Of a DNA stretch of 64,000 nucleotides, positions 60,169 to 64,000 are shown piece after piece. Numbering within the stretch: position 1 is the stretch's first letter; each line of letters begins with the position of its first letter. The position numbers and the translations under genes were made by a program. The stretch lies in NCBI GenBank assembly GCA_028715785.1, contig JAQURC010000002.1, positions 76,322-140,321 of the forward strand, read 5' to 3'. The stretch comes from Candidatus Omnitrophota bacterium. GTDB taxonomy: Bacteria > Omnitrophota > Gorgyraeia > Gygaellales > Profunditerraquicolaceae. The notes beneath the pieces are model-generated. The model searched no databases. It had not been told where the DNA came from and saw nothing but the letters and a program-made list of their open reading frames with translations.

Positions 60169-61089
60169 ATGCTGAAAAAAGAGATAATTTTCCTGGTTGG
60201 CCCTACCGGTATCGGTAAATCCGCCGTAGCCATAAGCCTGGCTAAAAAAATCAATGCCGAAATTGTGTCTTGCGATTCCATGCAGGTATACCGCAAGATG
60301 GATATTATCACTTCCAAGGCAACCCCGTTTCAAAGAAAAAAGGTCAAACATCATTTGCTCGGCATAATTGATCCCGCAAAAGAATACGATGCCGCTAAAT
60401 ACCGCAAGGATGTCTTGTTAATTTGCGATAAATTATTTTTAAAAGGCAAAACACCCCTGGTAGTCGGCGGCACCGGGCTTTACTATTCGATTCTCATCGA
60501 CGGGCTATTTTCGGCAGCCCCGCAGGACAAGAAGATCCGGGCGAAATTAAATAAACAGTTGGCGCTTAAGGGCAGCGCCTATCTTTATAAAAAATTAGCT
60601 GAGATCGATCCGCAGGCCAGTAAGAAAATCCACCCCAATGATGTCAGGAGGATTATCCGTGCCCTGGAAGTTTATTTAAAAACGGGCAAGCAAATTTCGG
60701 TGTTACAAAAAAACAGGATTGGGCTGGGCCGGGAATATGAAATAAAAGTTTTTGGATTAAATACCGACAGGGAATTTCTTTATGATAAGATCAATCAAAG
60801 AGTCGATAAAATGTTTGATTCAGGTTTAATTAACGAAGTTAGCCGGCTGTTTAAACAGAAATTAAGCAAGACTGCTGCCTGCGCAATCGGGATCCGCCAG
60901 TTAAAAGGGTATTTTGACGGTTTATATTCTTTAAGCGATGCCCGGGGCCTTATTCAGCGGGACAGCCGCCATTACGCTAAACGTCAGCTTACCTGGTTTA
61001 GAAAAGACAAGCGTATTCAGTGGATTAATATTAATAAAAAAGAATCTCCAGCCCAAGTTGCTTTAAAGATATGGAAAAAGCTCTCTTAG
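60169..61089 (+). CDS. miaA: tRNA dimethylallyltransferase
   Basis: IIFLVGPTGIGKSAVAISLAKKINAEIVSCDSMQVYR. Confidence 0.85.
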   Translation: MLKKEIIFLVGPTGIGKSAVAISLAKKINAEIVSCDSMQVYRKMDIITSKATPFQRKKVKHHLLGIIDPAKEYDAAKYRKDVLLICDKLFLKGKTPLVVGGTGLYYSILIDGLFSAAPQDKKIRAKLNKQLALKGSAYLYKKLAEIDPQASKKIHPNDVRRIIRALEVYLKTGKQISVLQKNRIGLGREYEIKVFGLNTDREFLYDKINQRVDKMFDSGLINEVSRLFKQKLSKTAACAIGIRQLKGYFDGLYSLSDARGLIQRDSRHYAKRQLTWFRKDKRIQWININKKESPAQVALKIWKKLS

Positions 61090-62330
61090 TCAGTATTCAA
61101 TTAAAAACAGATAAAGGCCATTGGCGCATCGAAGATATTTCCTCGGAGCTGGAGGAGCTGGCGTTTTCAACTTCGGTTGAGGTGGTTGAAAATATCATTT
61201 GTATCTGTGATAAAGCCACCGCCAATTATCTTGTCGGAAAAGGCAAGGTTGAGGAGATCAGCCTTATCGCCAATGAAGAAGGGGTGGATACGGTAATTTT
61301 TAGCCATGACCTAAGCGGAACGCAGCAGCGCAACCTGGAAAAGGCCATCGGTAAAAAAACCATCGACCGCACGCAGTTAATTTTAGATATTTTTAGCCAC
61401 CGGGCCAGGAGCCCCGAAGGCAAGATGCAGGTAGAGCTGGCGCAGTTGCAGTATTTGCTGCCGCGCTTGAGCGGCAAAGGGATAATGCTTTCAAATTTAG
61501 GCGGCGGTATCGGCACCCGCGGCCCCGGTGAAACCAAGCTTGAGGTTGACCGCCGTCAAATCCGCAAGAAAATCGGTAAATTAAAGAATGACCTTAATGT
61601 GTTTAGGCTCCACCGTTTGACCATGCATAAAAAGAGGAAGGCCAATAATCTGCCGGTGGTGGCGCTGGTGGGTTATACCAGCGCGGGCAAATCCACGCTG
61701 CTTAACCGGTTGACCGAATCTAACCAGGTTACCTCGGAAAAATTATTTACGACCTTGGACCCGCTCTCTAAAAGCCTGCAGCTTCCTAACGGGCAAAATA
61801 TTATTGTTTCCGATACGGTGGGGTTTTTGCATGATCTTCCGCACCATTTAATCGAGGCTTTTAAAGCAACGTTAGAAGAGGTTAATGACGCGGATTTATT
61901 AATCCACGTTTTAGATGTGGCTGACAGCCGGCTTTACCAGCATAACCAGGCTGTGCTTAGTGTTTTAGATGAATTGGGGGCAAAGGATAAGCCTGTCTTA
62001 ACGGCATTGAATAAAATTGATTTAGTCAAGGACCGTTCCTGGCTGGAAGTTTCAAAAAAAGATTTTTCCGGCTCTATCCTTTTGTCCGCCAAGACGGGAG
62101 AAAATTTAGGCGCATTGATTGCCGGGATTGAGGAATATTTTTCCGGGCTCATGTTAAGCTTAAAAATAATCATTCCTCATGGCCGGATGGAGCTGGTAGA
62201 CTTTTTTTACCGGTTGGCCAAAGTAAATAAAATCGATTACCTGCAAGAAGGGGTAGAAATTGATTTAACCATTCCCCGCAAGCTTTATGACAAAATCGCC
62301 CAAGACAAAGATATAAAAATTATAAATTAG
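61071..62330 (+). CDS. hflX: GTPase HflX
   Basis: GYTSAGKSTLLNRLT G1 motif, DTVGF G3; N-terminal HflX domain. Confidence 0.8.
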   Translation: MEKALLVSIQLKTDKGHWRIEDISSELEELAFSTSVEVVENIICICDKATANYLVGKGKVEEISLIANEEGVDTVIFSHDLSGTQQRNLEKAIGKKTIDRTQLILDIFSHRARSPEGKMQVELAQLQYLLPRLSGKGIMLSNLGGGIGTRGPGETKLEVDRRQIRKKIGKLKNDLNVFRLHRLTMHKKRKANNLPVVALVGYTSAGKSTLLNRLTESNQVTSEKLFTTLDPLSKSLQLPNGQNIIVSDTVGFLHDLPHHLIEAFKATLEEVNDADLLIHVLDVADSRLYQHNQAVLSVLDELGAKDKPVLTALNKIDLVKDRSWLEVSKKDFSGSILLSAKTGENLGALIAGIEEYFSGLMLSLKIIIPHGRMELVDFFYRLAKVNKIDYLQEGVEIDLTIPRKLYDKIAQDKDIKIIN

Positions 62331-62353
62331 CACTCTGGTGATTTAACTGCTAA
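62327..62353 (+). promoter_or_regulatory. degenerate CIRCE-like inverted repeat
   Basis: TTAGCACTC-N9-AACTGCTAA versus consensus TTAGCACTC-N9-GAGTGCTAA (7/9 in the right arm). Located upstream of hrcA. Confidence 0.4.
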
Positions 62354-62358
62354 TTTTG

Positions 62359-62386
62359 TTGACAAAATAGCAAATTATGTTAAAAT
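62359..62386 (+). promoter_or_regulatory. sigma70-like promoter TTGACA-16-TAAAAT for hrcA-grpE-dnaK
   Basis: Hexamers read directly from the sequence. Confidence 0.4.
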
Positions 62387-62433
62387 TACGGTTTAGCGTT
62401 AACGGTTAGAAAGTGTAAATAGGAGATAAAAAA

Positions 62434-63168
62434 GTGCGTACCGTTGATTATAGTTCCCGTAGAAAGTCAGTTTTGAACGCGGCGATCAACCGTTATATCA
62501 AAAACGCGCTTCCCGTGGCTTCGGATGAAATTGCCGAGGAGTTCGATTTAAGCCCGGCGACGATCAGGAATATCTTTTCCGAACTTGATGACTCAGGGTA
62601 CTTAAAGCATCCTTATACCTCAGGCGGCAGGGTCCCTACGGACAAGGGCTACCGTTATTATGTTGATTTTCTTGTCCAGCAGATGGAGTTAGTGGATGAT
62701 GAGAAGCAGCGTATCCTTAGGGATTGCAAAAGGCAAATGCGCCGGCTTGACGATGCCCTGGAGAATACTTCAGAGGTGATCTCCGAGATTACCCATTACG
62801 CCGGGATTGTTTCATTTTTAGAGTGGCAGGATAAATTTTTTTACAAAGGGATCGGCCGGATATTGGACCAGCCGGAGTTCAGGGATGTTGATAAGATACG
62901 CCTTCTGGTCAGGTTGATCGAGGACAAGAAGCGTTTACTGGATATCATTAACCGGGATTTCTCCGGCAAGGTGAAGGTTTATATCGGAAGCGAACTGGGT
63001 TTTCCGGATATTGAGAGTTGTTCTTTGGTTGTCTCCAGCTTTAAGCTTAAGAACCAGCCTTCAGGGAGGCTGGCGGTATTGGGCCCGATGCGCATGGAGT
63101 ATAATCATATTATTCCGGCAATGGAATATATTTCCGAGGTTTTAAGCCAGGTCTTGGAGGAGTTCTAA
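62434..63168 (+). CDS. hrcA: heat-inducible transcription repressor HrcA (short form)
   Basis: GTG start; N-terminal wHTH LPVASDEIAEEFDLSPATIRN; 244 aa. Confidence 0.7.
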   Translation: MRTVDYSSRRKSVLNAAINRYIKNALPVASDEIAEEFDLSPATIRNIFSELDDSGYLKHPYTSGGRVPTDKGYRYYVDFLVQQMELVDDEKQRILRDCKRQMRRLDDALENTSEVISEITHYAGIVSFLEWQDKFFYKGIGRILDQPEFRDVDKIRLLVRLIEDKKRLLDIINRDFSGKVKVYIGSELGFPDIESCSLVVSSFKLKNQPSGRLAVLGPMRMEYNHIIPAMEYISEVLSQVLEEF

Positions 63169-63172
63169 AAAA

Positions 63173-63700
63173 ATGGAAGAGCCTGAAAAGAAATCCGCCT
63201 CCGGCGGAAAGGAAGAAAAAACAGTTACCCTGAAAGAAGCGGAATATTTGGCGCTTTTGGAAGAGGTCAAAAAGGGCAAGGACAGCTGGGACAAAATGCT
63301 CCGGAACCAGGCTGACCTGGAAAATACCCGTAAGCGCTTAGACCGGGAAAAACAGGAATTTATAAAATTTGCCAATGAAGGTTTGGTGCTGGACCTGCTC
63401 AATGTGCTCGATGACCTTGAGCGGACGGTTAATTTAGCGGAATCAACCAAACAGGACCTTGCTGCTTTCTTAAAAGGCGTAGAGATGATTCTTGCGCACT
63501 TGTATGAAATGTTAAAAGAGCACGGAGTAAAGCCGATTGAGGCTGAGGGTAAAATATTTGATCCAAATTACCATGAAGCCTTGATGCAGGTTGAAAGCAA
63601 GGATTTACCGGAGCACACGATAATTGAGGTTTTGCAAAAAGGATATTTAATTCACGAGCGGGTACTGCGTACCGCCAAAGTAAAAGTTTCAAAAAAATAA
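63173..63700 (+). CDS. grpE: nucleotide exchange factor GrpE
   Basis: [13 protein letters not shown], then the C-terminal beta-domain. Confidence 0.85.
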   Translation: MEEPEKKSASGGKEEKTVTLKEAEYLALLEEVKKGKDSWDKMLRNQADLENTRKRLDREKQEFIKFANEGLVLDLLNVLDDLERTVNLAESTKQDLAAFLKGVEMILAHLYEMLKEHGVKPIEAEGKIFDPNYHEALMQVESKDLPEHTIIEVLQKGYLIHERVLRTAKVKVSKK

Positions 63701-63750
63701 CACCCCGCGCTTATAATGAATTGCGCGGGTGCGCCCTTGTGGGCAGGGAG
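63701..63750 (+). repeat. intercistronic two-hairpin element, copy 4 (between grpE and dnaK)
   Basis: CACCCCGCGC-TTATAATGAATT-GCGCGGGTG + GCCC-TTGT-GGGC + AGGGAGG, then ATG 63757. Confidence 0.7.
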
Positions 63751-63756
63751 GATAAT

Positions 63757-64000
63757 ATGGCAAAGGTAATCGGTATTGATTTAGGGACATCTAATTCAGC
63801 GGCAGCAGTTATGGAAGGCGGCAGGCCGGTAATTATTCCATCAGCCGAAGGCGCAGGCGTTGCTTCAGGCAAGGCGTTTCCTTCTTATGTCGCTTTTACT
63901 AAAGACGGACAGCGCCTGGTCGGTGAGCCGGCAAGGCGTCAGGCAGCCATTAATGCCGAAGGGACAATCCAGGCGGCTAAGCGCAAAATGGGCACGGATT
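63757..64000 (+). CDS. dnaK: chaperone DnaK (5' partial; runs off window)
   Basis: [18 protein letters not shown]. Confidence 0.9.
   Translation, partial: MAKVIGIDLGTSNSAAAVMEGGRPVIIPSAEGAGVASGKAFPSYVAFTKDGQRLVGEPARRQAAINAEGTIQAAKRKMGTD

Overview
This 64-kb window from a Gram-negative, moderately low-GC (about 45%) bacterium carries roughly 65 genes, all on the + strand. I found no rRNA, tRNA or CRISPR. The gene set suggests an anaerobic lifestyle. In order, the window contains: an OprP-like porin with pstSCAB, where pstB carries a C-terminal Cys-less TusA-like domain; short hemA and hemC genes; a protein-thiocarboxylate homocysteine cluster with a ThiS-MetY fusion, an E1 and a JAMM protease; a sulfite reductase with a C-terminal TusA domain; cobA-hemD, hemB and hemL; an Rrf2 regulator, a DUF2292-like small protein and HPr; a second porin with a sulfonate-type ABC importer (SsuA-like binding protein, two SsuC-like permeases, SsuB-like ATPase). 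Interleaved with that importer are two paralogous modules, each a ~420-aa Cx8Cx2C protein plus a PNPOx-like flavoprotein, together with a nitroreductase, two Isf-like FMN reductases and an MFS transporter. Then come cysK, metK, a cysK pseudogene, an ABC exporter pair, a second metY, a second cysK and metXW; a tautomerase with thiSGH; a BNR beta-propeller protein; trxA, a split pta, ackA, panD, def, trxB, pckG and purC; membrane proteins and a NYN-domain protein. A GC-rich MFS gene follows, then a RhuM-Fic gene truncated in its Fic motif, then two cassettes flanked by direct repeats made of degenerate miaB 5' ends, placed just upstream of a miaB that lacks a TRAM domain. The window ends with miaA, hflX and hrcA-grpE-dnaK. 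A structured two-hairpin element of about 50 nt sits immediately 5' of a ribosome-binding site (RBS) and start codon at five intercistronic sites. The two candidate novel systems are the Cx8Cx2C/PNPOx modules and this structured element. The miaB-associated cassette hotspot is a third point of interest.
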